From assembly GCF_009914755.1 (NCBI RefSeq), contig NC_060937.1: 64,000 nt of DNA; one strand, 5' to 3'. The DNA is from the human T2T-CHM13v2.0 reference genome, Homo sapiens. The notes below the pieces were generated by a model that did no database searches, was not told the DNA's origin, and saw only the letters and a program-made list of their open reading frames with translations. The position numbers and the translations under genes were made by a program. Shown in pieces: positions 14,324-32,014 of the stretch. Each line of letters begins with the position of its first letter. The first letter of the stretch is position 1.

Positions 14324-14889
14324 TTATTGATAAATTTTTAACTAAAAGTTATATGTACTTGATAGAATAAAATCACTTTCACCAACAGTATAAGGAATTG
14401 AGCTTTTGCAAATGGCATAATTTTTTATGCAATTGAAATCTTGTTTATTAAGTGTAAATGCTTGCTAGATTAATCACGATATCAGGTTTTTAATAAAATG
14501 TCCTGAATATTTTCCTGTCTCTTAAAACACATCTTTTTTAAGTAACCTAATAACGAATCATAAACATCCTTTATTGTATTAGACAGTGATGTATGCAAAT
14601 AATTATTATTAAAATTAGAAAAAATAGATCTTCCACTTTTGATTAGGATGTAGAAGTATAAAAAGCAAGCTTGTTCTCATGTATATATTTTTAACAGATA
14701 GAATAACACCATATATTTCTCACTATGTCATAAAAAAAGGGCCAACATCACAAATTCTTATAGAGCTGATTTACACGAAGAATAAGCCCCTCACAGGGAA
14801 GTAGAAAGCTGTTTATTCAATAACAAAGACAAGTGGATAATGTATCTGTTACACAGTATTTCATGTATTTACAATTTTCAACTAGGCGA

Positions 14890-15370
14890 ATATTTCCTAG
14901 ATAGGGCAAAACTATTAATTATAAAGGAAATTGAATGACAGATTTAATCAAAATAAAAGCAAACATTTATCTAAGACACTATTAAAAATGAAATGTCAAG
15001 ATACAGACCAAAATAATATTTAGAATGTTTCAGACATATTTATCCAATAAAAGACTTGTGTCAGAATGCATAATTACTCCTAAAAATGAAACAAACAATT
15101 AAAAATGAGTAAGCATTTACGAAGACACTTTTCTCTCTCTTTCTCTCTCACACACACACACAATATACAATTTACTGATAAATACAAAAAAATTAATAAC
15201 TTTATTTTTATTCAAGAAACTTTACATTAAATTATCACAAAATATCACTTGCCTGTAAATATGAAAAGATAAAAGTGTGCTAATCCAAAATGTTGATAAA
15301 AATTCGAACAATTGGAATGGTAACACATTTCTGGTCTTATTGTAAAATAGTAAAGCCACTGTTAAAAAAT
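14890..15370 (+). mobile_element. L1ME-like 3' fragment, left part (resumes at ~24815)
   Basis: Degenerate ORF2-end/3' UTR motifs ending in gtaaaatagtaaagccactg. Confidence 0.55.
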
Positions 15371-18195
15371 GCCTTTGATCATTTCAATAGCTGCAGAAAA
15401 AACAATCATTAAAATTCAGCATTTCTTCTTTACAAAAATTCTCAACAAACTGGAGCACAGAAGGAAGGTATTTCAAAATATATAAAGCCATATACTACAA
15501 ACCCATAGTTAACATAACACTAAATGGGAAAAAGTTAAAATCATTTTCCCTAAGAACTGGACCAAGACAAGAATGCCCACTTTCACCATTCCTATTTAAC
15601 ATATTACTGGAAGTCCTAGCCAGAGGTGTCATGCAAGAGAAAAAAATAAAAGGCATCCAAATAGTAAAAGAGGAAGTCAAATTTCTCTTTTGCTGATGTA
15701 ATCTTACACTTAGAAAACTCTAAAGACTTCTCTCAAAGAATTCTAGATTTGATAAATGAATTTAGTAAAGTTTCAGAATAAAACATCAAAGTAATTATAT
15801 TAGTGGCACTTTTATGCACAAATAATGATCAAGCTGAGAACCAAATCAAGAATTCAATCCCACTTACAACAGCTACAAAATAAATAAAATTACTAGGAAT
15901 ACATTTAACCAAGGAGGTAAAAGATCTCAATAAAGAGAACTGCAAAACACTGATGAAGTAAACCATAGATGACACAAAGAAGTAGAAAGATTTCCCATTC
16001 TTATGGATTGGAAGAATCAATAATGCTAAAATAAGCATACTGCCTAAAGCAATCTACAGGTTCCATGAAATTCCTATCAAATTACCAATGACATTTTTCA
16101 CAGAATAAGAAAAAATAATCCTAAAATTCATATGGAACCAAAATAGAGCCAATAGCCAGAGCAATCTTAAGTCAAAAAAAAAAAAAAGAAAAAAAATCGA
16201 AATCAATCAAAACACACAAATTTAAAAAAAGAGGCATCACATTACTGGGCTTCAAATAATACTAAAAGATTGTAATATCCAAAATAGCATTGTACTGGTA
16301 TAAAAATAAACCTGTAGATTAATGAAATAGAATAAAGAACCCAGAAATAAAGTCACATGCCTACAACCATCTCATCTTCAACAAAGTTGACAAAAAACTG
16401 CACTGAGGAAAGGACATTCTATTAAATAAGTGTTGCTGGGAAAATTGTATATCCATATGCAGAAGAATAAAGTTGGACCCATATCTCTCACGATATATGA
16501 AAATTAACTCAAAATATATTAAATACTTAAATGTAACACTTGAGACTATTTCAAGACTATCTGCTCTGGCTATTTGCACTAAGATATAATGAGAAAACCT
16601 AGGAAAATCTCTTCTGAACATTGGCCTGGGCAATAACTTATGACTAAGACCTCAAGAGCAAATGCAACGAAACCGAAAATAGACAAATGGGGCTTAATTA
16701 AACTAAAAAAAAACCTTCTGTACAACAAAATAAATAATCAACAGAATAAACAATAACTTAAAGAATACAAAAAATATGTACAAACTATGCAGCCAACAAA
16801 AAGCTAATATTCAGAATCTACAGGGACCTCAAACAACTCTATAAGAAAAATAGAAGTGGAGAGGGGCCAAGATGGCCAATTAGAAGCAGCTGTGGTCTGC
16901 TGCTCTCATGGAGAGCAATGAAAAGTGCCAATGAATTCTGCACCTTCAACTGAGGTATCCAGGTTCTCACACTGGGACTGACTAGGCAGATGCCTCAACC
17001 CATGGAGAGTGAGGAAAAGCAAGGTGGGGCAACAGCCCACACAGGAGTGGCATGAAGCCAGGGTAGCCCCCATCCCTAGCCAAGAGAGGTTGTCAATGAC
17101 TGTGTGACCCTGCCTGGGAAACTATGCTTTTCCTATGAATCTTTCCAACCCATGGATCAGGAGATCCTCTCATGAGCAGACACCGCCAGGTCCTGGGTCC
17201 AAAGCACAGAGCTGTGGAGTCTTGTTAGAGTGGCTGCTCACTCACTTTCTAGGGCATGCAGGGAGACCCAGGAGTTTTACATACTCCAGACCTGGGAATT
17301 CTGGCAAGGCAAGAGATCCCATGCATTCCCCTAGGAAGTATGCTGAATCCAGGGAGCCAAGTGGCGTTGCTCCACAGGCCTCACTCCCCTGGTACCTCAC
17401 AAGTTAAAACCCACTTGTTTGGAATTCCAGCCAGCCAGTGGCAGGAGGCAGGAGATGGCCTGAGACAAATTGAGTTCCCGGGGGGAAGGGTGGCCACCAT
17501 ACCTGACGTTCCAGTTGGCTGTCTAGCCTTCCAACACCAGGGACCGGGAGGAATTCCCCACAATGCAGCACAGATGTTGTGCTTGATCGTGGACAATCTA
17601 CTTCTTTAAATGGGCCCCCAATATACCCCTCAACATTGGGCAGGGCCTCCCTGTGTGAATTTCAGCAACTCCAGCCAGGGTTTTATGGACAGAACTCTGG
17701 TCTCTCCCTGGGATGGAGACCCTGGTGGATGGGGTAGCCACTGTCTCTTCAGTTCAGCGACATAGCCTTTCCAGGCTGCTGGCTCTGGAGAGGCAGAGCA
17801 GTCAGCACAGCACACCTGCTCTGCCAAAGCGCAGCCAGACTGCTTCTTTAAGTGGGTCTCTGATCCCATTCCTCCTGACTGGGTGAGACCTTCCAATAGG
17901 GGTCTCCAGACACCTCACACAGGAATGGGTGCCCACCTGAGACAGAGCTCCCAGAGGAAGGGGAAGGCTGCTGTCTTTGCTGTTTCATAGCCTTCACTGG
18001 TGACATCACAAGGTGCAGGAGGGACCAAGGTGACTAGGGTCTGGAGTGAATCCCCAGAAAAATGCATCAGCCCTATGGAAGAGGGGCCTTACTGTCAAAT
18101 GAAATCAATCAGAAAATGACAACAAAAAAGACCCCACAAAAACCCCATTGAAAGGTCAGCAACTTCAAAGATCAAAGGCAGATAAACCCACAAAG

Positions 18196-19203
18196 ATGAG
18201 AAAGAATCAATGCAAAAATGCTGAAAACTAAAAAAGCCAGAGTGCTGCTTCTCTTCCAAATGACTGCAGCATTTCTCCAGCAAAGGCACAGAACTGAGTT
18301 GAGGCTGAGATGGCTGAATTGTCAGAACAAGGCTTTGGAAAGTGGGTAATAACAAACTTCACTGAGCTAAAGGAGCATGTTCTAACACAATGCAAAGAAG
18401 CTAAGAATTATGATAAAACAATACAAGCTGACAACCACAATAGCCAGTTTAGAGAGGAACATAACTGCTCTGATGAAACTGAGAAATGCAACACTAGAAA
18501 TCCACAATGCAATCACATGTATCAATAGCTGAATAGACCACAAAAATGAAAGAATATCAAAGCTTGAAGACTATCTTCCTGAAATAAGACAGGTAGACAA
18601 GAATAGAGGAAAACAAAATAAAAAGGAACAAACAAAACCTCCATGAAATATGGGATTATGTTAAAAGACAGAACCTGAAAGAGACAGAGAATTAAGCCAA
18701 GTTGAAAAACATACTTCAGGGTATCATCCAGGAGAACTACCCTAACCTAGCAAGACAGGACAACATTCAAATTCAGAAAATCCATAGAACCCCAGTAAGG
18801 TATTCCATGAGAAGATTAACCCCAAGACTCATAATCTTCAGATTCTCTAAAGTTGAAAATAAAATAAAAAAAATGTTAAGAGCAGCCAGAGAGAAAGGCC
18901 AGATCACCTACAAAGATAAACCTATTAGACTAACAGCCAACCTCTCAGTGGAAACCCTTCAAGCCAGAAGAGATTGGGGGCCAATATTCAACAATCTTAA
19001 AGAATTTCCAACCTAAATTTCATATCTGGCCAAACTAAACTTCAAAAGAGAGGGAGAAATAATATTTTTTTCAAACGAGCAAATATTGAGGGAATACATC
19101 ACCACTATGCCTGCCTTGCAAGAGCTCCTGAAGGAAGCACTAAATATGGGAACGAAAAACTGTTACCAGCTGCTACAAAAGCACAATGAAGTACACAGAC
19201 TAG
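18196..19203 (+). pseudogene. L1 ORF1p remnant (stops and frameshifts)
   Basis: ORF pieces 18310 and 18702 (IIQENYPNLARQ...RLTANLSVETLQARRDWGPIFN) match L1 ORF1p. Confidence 0.9.
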
Positions 19204-19256
19204 TGACACTATGAAGCAACCACATAAACAACTCTGCAAAATAACCAGCTAGCATC

Positions 19257-22823
<3,567 letters not shown>

Positions 22824-23340
22824 ACAATGAGAACACATGAACCTATGGTGGGGAACAACATACACTGGGGCCTGTCGGGGTGGGGGGAGAGAGAGAATCA
22901 TGAAGAACAGCTAATGGACACTGGGCTTAATACCTGGGTAATGAGTTGATCTGTGCAGCAAACCACCATCGCACATATTTACCTATGTAACAAACTGCAC
23001 ATGTATGCCGGAAGTTGAAATACAAGTTAAAGGAAAAGAACAACAACAAAGAAAAATAGAAGCAAATAACCTCATTAAAAATTAGGCACAAGACATGAAC
23101 AGAGATTTTTCAAAAGAAGACATACAAGGGCCAACAAACATATGAAAAAATGTTCAACATTACTAAGCACCAGAGAAATTCAAGTTAACACCGCAATGGG
23201 AAACTGTCTTACACCAATCAGAATGGCTATCATTAAAATGTCAAAAAACAACAGATGTTGGTAAGGATGTAGAGAAAAGGGAATGCTTATACACATTAGC
23301 TGGAATGTAAATTAGTACAATCTCTATAGAAAATATTACG

Positions 23341-23679
23341 GGACTGTGCGCGGTGGCTCACACCTGTAATCCCAGCACTTTGGGAGGCCGAGGCAGGTGG
23401 ATTACCTGAGGTCAGAAATTCGAGACCAGCCTGGCCAACATGACAAAACTCCATCTCTACCCAAAATACAAAAATTAGGCGGGCATGGTGTCGGGTGCCT
23501 GTAATCCCAGCTACTTGGGAGGCTGAGGCAGGAGAATCGCTTGAACCCTGGGAGGTAGGGGTTGAGGGGGTAAGAGGGGAAGATTGCAGTGAGCCGAGAT
23601 CGTGCCACTGCACTCCAGCCTGGCGACAGAGCGAAACTCCATCTCAAATAATAATAATAATAATAATATAGTAAAATAA
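23341..23679 (+). mobile_element. AluS SINE with G-rich insertion and (AAT)n tail
   Basis: Full Alu. TSD agaaaata[t/c]ta[c/t]g at 23328-23340 and 23680-23692. Confidence 0.95.
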
Positions 23680-23794
23680 AGAAAATACTATGAAGATTTC
23701 TCAAAGAACTAAAAATTGAACTACTCTTTGATCCAGCAGTCACCCTACTGGGTATCTATGAAAAGGGAAAGAAATACATATTAAAAAGACACCT

Positions 23795-24096
<302 letters not shown>

Positions 24097-24814
24097 TCAG
24101 AATAGCAAAATTATGGAATCAATGTAAATATCCATTAATAGATGACTGAATAAAGAATGAAGAATATGTGGTGTATATATCCCATGGAACTACTCAGACA
24201 AAAAAGAATGAAATCATGTCTTTTGCAGCAACATGGATGGAACTGAAGACAATTATCTTAAGTGAAACTTAGAAACTTAGAAAATCAAGTACCATATATT
24301 CTGTCTTATAAGAGAGCTAAACAATGTGTACACATAGACATAGAGAGTTGAATAATAGACATTGGGACTCGGATGGGTGGGAGAGGGGTGAGAGATGAAA
24401 AATTACCCATTGGGTACAATATACACTATATGGGTGATGGTGGCACTAAAAGCCTGGACTTCACTGCTACACAATGTATTCATGTAAGAAACATGCACTT
24501 CTGCCCTGTAAATCTACAAAAAGCTTTAAAAACAAATTGCCAGCAACCAATTTTATGCAAACAATATATCCTTATCAATAATAATTAATAAACTAACAAA
24601 TGAGTGAAACTGTGCTCTAGAGAATAAAACAGACTTTAGAATTTTTTTAATTAGACTTATTTTTGGAACCCCACACTCATTCTCAATTCTGATGAAGAAA
24701 ATTAGATTTTTTACACTTGTGACACAAAACACTGAACACTTTAAAAATAATATTCATGCTAAAATTATTTTTCTTTGTACTTTATTATGTCTGAACTAGT
24801 TTTTTTAAGAACAA

Positions 24815-25400
24815 ATGTAATATCTATACTTTAAATGCAAGAAAATACATATCTATCAATGATCCAGCAATTCCACTTCACAGATATTTTGCTGGCATAG
24901 GCAAACATTTGACCACAAGGTAATCATACAAGAACATTCATAATAGATATTCATAATAGCCCAAATCTGGATGCAAATGTTCACCAACAGGAAAATGATA
25001 ATCACAGTGTGGTCTATTTCTTCAATGAAATATTTCTCAGGAATACAACTACAGTAGGTATACAGAAAATGCCATGAATACATCTCAGAACCACTATGTT
25101 GTATAAAAGATGACAAGCAGGAAAGATAGTATTGTGGTTTCACACTTACATGAATTTTTAAAAGGAGCTAAACTAAACCATGATCATATAAATCAGACAG
25201 GTTATTGTGGAGAGTTAAAGGTGGTTGTATAGTAAACAAATAAACTAACAAATGTCACTGAGAGAATTTTCTAAATGAGAGAAATGTATTTATCTTGGTG
25301 TGGTGGTAATATGAACATATACATTTGTCAAACTCATCAAAGTATATTTAAAACAGACTTATTTTTTTCTATGGAAATTACACCAGAATAATAATTGTAG
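24815..25400 (+). mobile_element. L1ME-like 3' fragment, right part
   Basis: tgatccagcaattccac, attcataatagcccaaatctgga, acatttgtcaaactcatcaa. Confidence 0.65.
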
Positions 25401-25871
25401 AAATTATGTTGCAGGATGTTGGGAACAGAAAATAATGTTATATCAATCATTTCACATAGCTATTTAAAATTTACTCCTGGGAGAAATACGTTTATTAATA
25501 CTTGAGTCAAAATAATGAGATTTTGAAGCTACATTTTTGTCTCATATTTATTTTTGTTATGATGACTGAGTGGTGGGTAGGCTCAAGGGAATGCAGAGGT
25601 ATGAAGGAGAAGAGATTGATTAGTGTTTCCTCCAGGGACCTGAGATGTTTGGCATGGAGATTTTCCGGGGATATTTAATGCTACAGAGCAATGCTGTTAG
25701 GTGGAAGGGGAAAGTGAGTCTGAGACTATGAGGCTACTTCTTACTATTTGACAAGCTTTTATTATCAGATAAACATGAAGAATTATGATGGATCATGTAA
25801 TCTCATTTAATCATGTATAGGCAACTAACCAACTAACCCATTCCCCAACGCTTACTTAGGTATAATTTGTA

Positions 25872-27051
25872 TAGTCAGGTGTCCATAACAACATTTTATC
25901 AACAACAGATTGCATATACCAGGACAGTCGTGTAAGTGTATAATGGAGATGAAAAATTCATATCACCTAATGACATCATGGCCATTTTAAAGGTACAGTG
26001 CAGCACATTACTCCTATGTTTGTGGTGATCCTGGTATGACCAAACCTGCTATGCTGCCAGTTGTATAAAAGCATAGGACATGTAATTATGCACAGTACAT
26101 AATACTTAATAATGATTATAAATGACTGTGTTACTGGTTTTATGTATTTCCTATGCTACACTTTTATTTTTATTTTAGAGTGTACTCCTTCTACTTAAAA
26201 AAATGTAAAACAGCCTCAGGCAAGTCCTTCAGGAGGTATTTTAGAAAAGGCATTGTTATCGTAGGCAATGACAGCTCCATGTGTGTTATTGCCCCTGAAG
26301 ACCTGCCAGTGGGAAAATATGTACAGGTGGAAGACAGTGATATTGATGACCCTTACCCTGCATAGAGCTGGGCTAAAATGTGTTTGTGTCTCACTTTTAA
26401 ACCAGGAATTATAGAATGTGAAAATAAACACAAAAATAGATAAAGTTTGTAGAAGGATATAAAGAAAAATATTTGTACAGTTGTACAAGGTTTGTCTTTA
26501 AGCTGTGTTATCACAAAAAAGTCAAAAAGTTAAAAAATTTGTTTATAAGAAGGAAAGTTACAATAAGTTAAATTTAAGTTGCAACCAAAGAAAGACTTTT
26601 TAAAATAAATTTACTATAACTTAAGTGTACAGTGTTTATAAAATCTGCAGCTGTGTGCAGTAATGTCCTAGGCCTTCACATGCACTCACTATTCATTCAC
26701 TGACTCATCCAGGGCAACTTCTAGTCCTGTAAGCTCCATTCATGGTAAGTGCCCTACACAGGTATACAATTTTTTGTCTGTATTTTTACTTGACCTCTTC
26801 TATGTTTAGTTATGTTGAAATACACAAATACTTACCATTGTGTTGGAATTGTTAACAGTATTCAGAATAATGGCATACAATACAGGTTTGTAGCCTACAA
26901 GCAGTAAGGTAAGTCACATAGCCTGAGTGTGTAATAGGCTATAGCATTTAGGTTTGGTAGGTGCACTCCATGATGTTTGCCCAATGACAAAATTGCCTAA
27001 TGATGCATTTCTTCTCAGAACATATTCCCATTGTTAAATGATGCATGACTG
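25872..27051 (+). mobile_element. Tigger3b (Golem) non-autonomous Tc1/mariner DNA transposon
   Basis: Ends tagtcaggtgtccataac... and ...ttaaatgatgcatgactg resemble Tigger3 TIRs. Flanked by TA at 25870-71 and 27052-53. Length ~1.18 kb. Confidence 0.88.
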
Positions 27052-27929
27052 TACTTAATCCTTCCACAGCCTGTTTTCATAGCTCAGCTGCCTTATGTAA
27101 GTATAATGCTATATTTTGAATTGCTGTGGGGGCCAGAAATGTTTATATCTCCTAAGTAGAGTGTTAATAGACAGCCTCAAAGTTTGTGAAAACAGAATAA
27201 TAAATTTTAAAAAGAATAGACTGGATTTCAAAAATTATAAACATTGCTTATTGATTTTATTGGAAGGATGTGGTTTGATACATGGTTTCCAGGTGCTGAA
27301 AATTTATTGATTAGTAAATAGATATTTGGCAGTACCCACTATGTGCTAGAACAGTCTCTGTGTAAGATGAGTGATGTTTAGCAGAGGACTTCACTTTTCT
27401 GCTGATCTCACTCAGTCCAAGAGTTGATAGCAGCAGCGATGTCCACCTTTATAAGCACATCTTCATATTTTCCAGTTTCCAAATCCGAGGGGTCTGAGGA
27501 GTTCATGATGACCTTTCAGCTCTGTCTATTGCTGCCAGTTTCAAGACTCTTTTCAACAGTCTTCCTAAAAGATTTCCTCTTTTATTAGTATAAAGTTAAA
27601 CTGGGGAAAGATTTAAGAGAATTTAAGACAAGATGGACTTACGTAAGTTGAATATTGTTCAACTTACAACTTCAAGCACCTGAGACACTTTCTCAGCTCA
27701 CAGGAGCCCACTCATTTCAACCCAAGTGCTTGTACCAGGCAAGTATCAGACAGCCAACCAATTCCTTGCAGGAGTTTTTAACCAGTGTCTGATGGAATTT
27801 GTCCCTTGCTTGTGATAAATTTGAGGCATTAACAACACGGCCTCTTAAAGCTACCAAGAAATACTACTATGTTACTCACCTTGAAACCTGCTCAGAAGGA
27901 AACACCCTTCTCTTTCCCTGATTCAATTA

Positions 27930-28160
27930 TTTACTCCTTATCAGTAGGCTTGAACGGCTGGAGGTAGGTAGGGTGGTTTGACTGGGGTCATATGTCTGGG
28001 GCCCTGGTTTAGATAGTGATCTGGCTTCCTAGGTTTTTCTTCACATTACATCCTCTGTGAACAGAATGTTTCAGCTGAGGTGCACAAAATTATGAAAGAA
28101 TTATTTTATGACACTAACTCCTAGGTTATTTTGTTATGCAGCAATAGATTACTAGAACAC
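27930..28160. mobile_element. Degenerate MaLR (MLT1-like) LTR pieces
   Basis: gactggggtcatatgtc motif and terminal ttattttgttatgcagcaatagattactagaaca. Confidence 0.45.
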
Positions 28161-28945
28161 ACTAGGAGTGCATCAAACTTCTGTCACCAATATAGTGGAT
28201 CAATGCAATATTCTCCAGAAGACTAAGATGTTCAGGGTCTTTTGTACTATATGACTAAAAGCAGAAAAATTAAAATATATGCATGAGGCAACTCAGTGGG
28301 TATGTACTACTTTCCATGTTAATGTGAACAATGTTTGAGTCTTTTTATTGAAGGGTATCTAAGGAATTGATTCAACAGAACTATATATCAGGTGCCAGAG
28401 GCCATTAATTTATTAATCTATAAAATTAAATATAGCACATCTTGCACAGAAAGTGATATTCAATTAAGTCAGAAGTTATGAAATACAATTACTTTTCACC
28501 ATCTGTTTCTTTTTTGTTTTTATTTATTTAGTTTTTAGAACCTAAACCCATAAATTGAATAGGAATATTATATGGCTGATCACCTCTAGTTACTTACATT
28601 TTATATGGTGGCACCTAATTATGTAATTTTACCTGAAATGTCGTAGTTATTCTGACTTACTTTTTTGCCTGAAGAAGTAATTTTCAGGGGCTTCCTTTGG
28701 TTTATTCCATCATAATGGCTCTTAATCCATAGATTGGCAAGTCATGTGAGTAATTTGTCAGCTACCAATATAGGATTTCAATTATGCACCTAGGAACTGA
28801 AGAAATGAACACAGAATGAGTCTTCCTGGAGCTTAATTGGTATGTAGGAGTCATTAATTCAAAGCCTGTTTCCAACAGAAGTTTAAGAAGCTGGGTGTTT
28901 CCCTTCCCTCAGTGTACACTCATACCGGGAAACTGGTAAGAGCTG

Positions 28946-29167
28946 TAGTGTACTTCTAATCTTCAAACTTTCTACTCCCTTGAGGGGTTTAGGCAGAGAG
29001 AAAAAAAAACCCTAATTTATAGCATTTTTAAAAAATTCCATGGTGTAAATACACCCACCATGGCTGATTTTAACATACCAACATGATAATATTAAACATG
29101 GAGTTGAGCAAAGATGCGAACAATAAGCTCTTGAAAACTGATATAAACTGGTTCCATTACACAACTG
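28946..29167. mobile_element. MER63A-like hAT MITE
   Basis: ccatggtgtaaatacacccaccatggctgatttt...ggagttgagcaaagatgcg...ctggttccattacacaactg. Confidence 0.75.
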
Positions 29168-29699
29168 GTTAGACGAATGTTTATTGTATAGTTTTTATTT
29201 GGTATTACAGGTTCCATCCTCAAGACAATCCAAATCCCCCTTCATTTGACATTATCTGGCTCTAGAAACTGGTTCAAATACAAAAACTGAGTAAATATAT
29301 ATTTTTTTAAATTAGCGGTTGACATCTGCCATCATCTTGCATGATTTTGGTCTTTCTTGACCATACATTCTTGTTTGCTATACATCTATTTTCCCTCAAG
29401 AATTATCAATGTCCTTTTACTTACTTTTCATTTATTGTTATATATAATCCCGTTGCACCATTCACTTTCTGTTCCTTATTGTGCTAACTGGATCTTTCAG
29501 GGAACATGGTTTTGTGATTCTTTCCTTTTTAATTTCTGTCAATATTCCCACTTTAAAATCACCACCTCTATTAAACCCTCAGAATGCTTGCTACAACTCT
29601 TTCGAGAAATATTAATGCTCTTACCCTATTTGACTGGAGTTATGTCATGTCTAATTTTCAAATATCTATCCTATTAGTATATCAAGACCAATTCCAGGT

Positions 29700-30605
29700 G
29701 ATTTAGTCAAGATGTTGACTCTTGATTCAGAGGAGGGTTTTCCATATCTTCAAACTTTACCTTTTGTCACTTAATTCTCTGAAACTATTAAATGCTTGAT
29801 TTTCAGCATAGCTTCACCCTGCCAAGTCAAGTGTTAAGGCCTTCTTATATGTTGTCTTGGACATTCTACTTCCTCAAGTCTTCTGGGCAGTTGACAAAAA
29901 CAATCCAACTCAACAATGTAAAAATTGCCATTGTACCCATATCTTTTGAGAGCCAGAACTTTCAAATAATCCATTTCTTACTCTTCTACTTGCACCTAAT
30001 CTGAATCCACCATGGGCAAGGGTTTTACAGACTTTTATTTTATAGTGCCCCATGACTATTACATCTTTATTTACACTAAACAGGTTCTAGTTTTTAATTG
30101 CATCAAGTGATCCAGTTTGAGATTTCTAACACGAGGTTATGCTTTCTAAGACCACTGTCAGATAATTGCCTAAGTAATTGTTCTCTCAAAAGTGGAATGT
30201 GGGGCAATACTGGAGTATGGGAAGTAGGTAGTTGATTTGAAGAAGGTCCTAGGAAACAGTGTGTGAAAGCAGAGAGGTGAGACCAGAAAGACTAAGGACC
30301 GTAAAGAGTGACTTGGCAAATGAATCACTGCCAAAGACAACTGGAGCTCGTGCTTGTTAATGAGCCTTAGAATAATTTTATGCAGGCTTTATTGCTTGAA
30401 GCTTGTCAGCAAACATCTCAGAATTTCAGGCTGCCTTATACTTTGACAAAGGAGAGTTTCTGGCTCTAGAGAAATATTTTAGCAAGAAAAAAAGGGTGCT
30501 TTAGATGGAAAGCTGACAATTAAAATAGGAGATGCCCACTGTTCTGTCAGAAGAACTCAGGGTGGACCAGTGTGAAAAGAACAATGTAACAATAGCATCT
30601 GCTAC
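29700..30605 (-). mobile_element. ERVL LTR16-like LTR (30167-30605) with adjoining leader/gag stub
   Basis: Antisense LTR16-like motifs (gtagttgatttgaagaaggtcctaggaaac, terminal gcatctgctac). A leader-like gtggtcttagaaag follows the LTR end on the minus strand. Confidence 0.55.
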
Positions 30606-30784
30606 CAGTGAGGTTCTCAAAATGTTGTCTGTGGACCAGCAGCATCAATATCACCTGTGAAGTTCTTAGTTTCATGTTCTCAGACCTTGTTTAATGATCA
30701 GACTTTCCAGAAGCAGAGCCCAGCTAATTGTTTTAATAAGCTTCCCAGGTGCTTACAGTGCTCACTAAAGTTTGAGAATAACTA
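30606..30784. mobile_element. MER5A hAT-Charlie MITE
   Basis: cagtgaggttctcaaaatg...accagcagcatcaatatcacctg...taaagtttgagaataact. Confidence 0.85.
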
Positions 30785-30879
30785 TGATATAGCATTAGAT
30801 CATTCTAGAATACTTGAATTTTTAGCAAAGTAGTTGGCAATTTTTATACATCTTAGATTTTATATTAAATAAGCGTAAT

Positions 30880-31960
30880 AAAATACAAAGATGACTTTTA
30901 AAAGAACATAAGTAGCATTAATAAATTTCAAGCCAGCAAATGAAGAAATGGTTTGAAAAAATAAAATTAACCAAAACTAACTTAAACAGAAATTTTTGAC
31001 AACCATTTACTTTATAGAGCAAGTGCTGAAAATCAATCTAAAAATGAAACACTGGACCATACCGCTATGCCTACATAGCCAATTTATGCCAAACATTTCA
31101 TGAATAGTTATTTCTAATATTACAAACCTTTTGTATTCTGGAGAATACACAATATATTAATTTCCTAATGCATTGTGTGAGTCTTCAGATGAAAACAAGA
31201 CAAGAAAAGATAATAATTGCAGGTCATTGTCATTCATAAAAGCAGATTTAAAGAACTGAAACAAATTTTTAATGAAAAGTGAAATACAAAGACACATAAG
31301 AATGCAAAGGCATAAAGGTGGACATTCCCTAGCAGATATCAGTTTTAATTTTGAAACTGTAGTAATTAAGAGCATGTGGTAATGACACAGAATTAGACAA
31401 ATCAACCACTATAAAAGAGCAAGTACTCAGAAGCAGACTTTGTTCCATAGCAGAATGCTAATAAATGACCATGTAACATGATAAAGCAATGGGAAAGAAA
31501 GGAGCTATTGATTAAAGAAATATTAAAAATATGTAAAAAGAAAAACAAAAGCATTTTCAGTCTCAACTATATACAAAAATTAAACTAGTTCAATAATTTA
31601 AATATCAAAATCAAGACATTAACATTTCAGAGGAAATATAGATGAATATACATCTGTCTTTGAAGGAGAAAGACAACGCAAAAACATAGCACAGATTATT
31701 TATTTAAAAAATAAACTAAAACACATGTTAAATTTAAGTATTCACTTGTTAACCAAAAGATATCTATAAAACCATGAAAATGTCAATTACCAATTGAAAG
31801 AAGATATTTGCAACATATAAAATTGACAAATAAGTAATATTAATGATATGCAAACACATTTTAATAATATATGAGAAATATTAAAACTAATAATCAGAGA
31901 ACTGCAAATAAATGTAAAATTGAAACACTTTTGTAACAATATTATTAGTTTTAAAATGGA
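30880..31960 (+). mobile_element. Ancient L1M ORF2/3' fragments
   Basis: A-rich L1-like segments (actgtagtaattaagagcatgtgg, gaaagaagatatttgcaacatata). Confidence 0.55.
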
Positions 31961-32014
31961 ATAAGAAACACTATATGTTTGAGATACAATGTGTTTATTT
32001 TTTAAAAGGACTAA

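Noticed and set aside
29357-29677. 106-aa hydrophobic ORF
   Set aside because: Its composition is what T-rich non-coding DNA produces; it has a non-ATG start and no motif.
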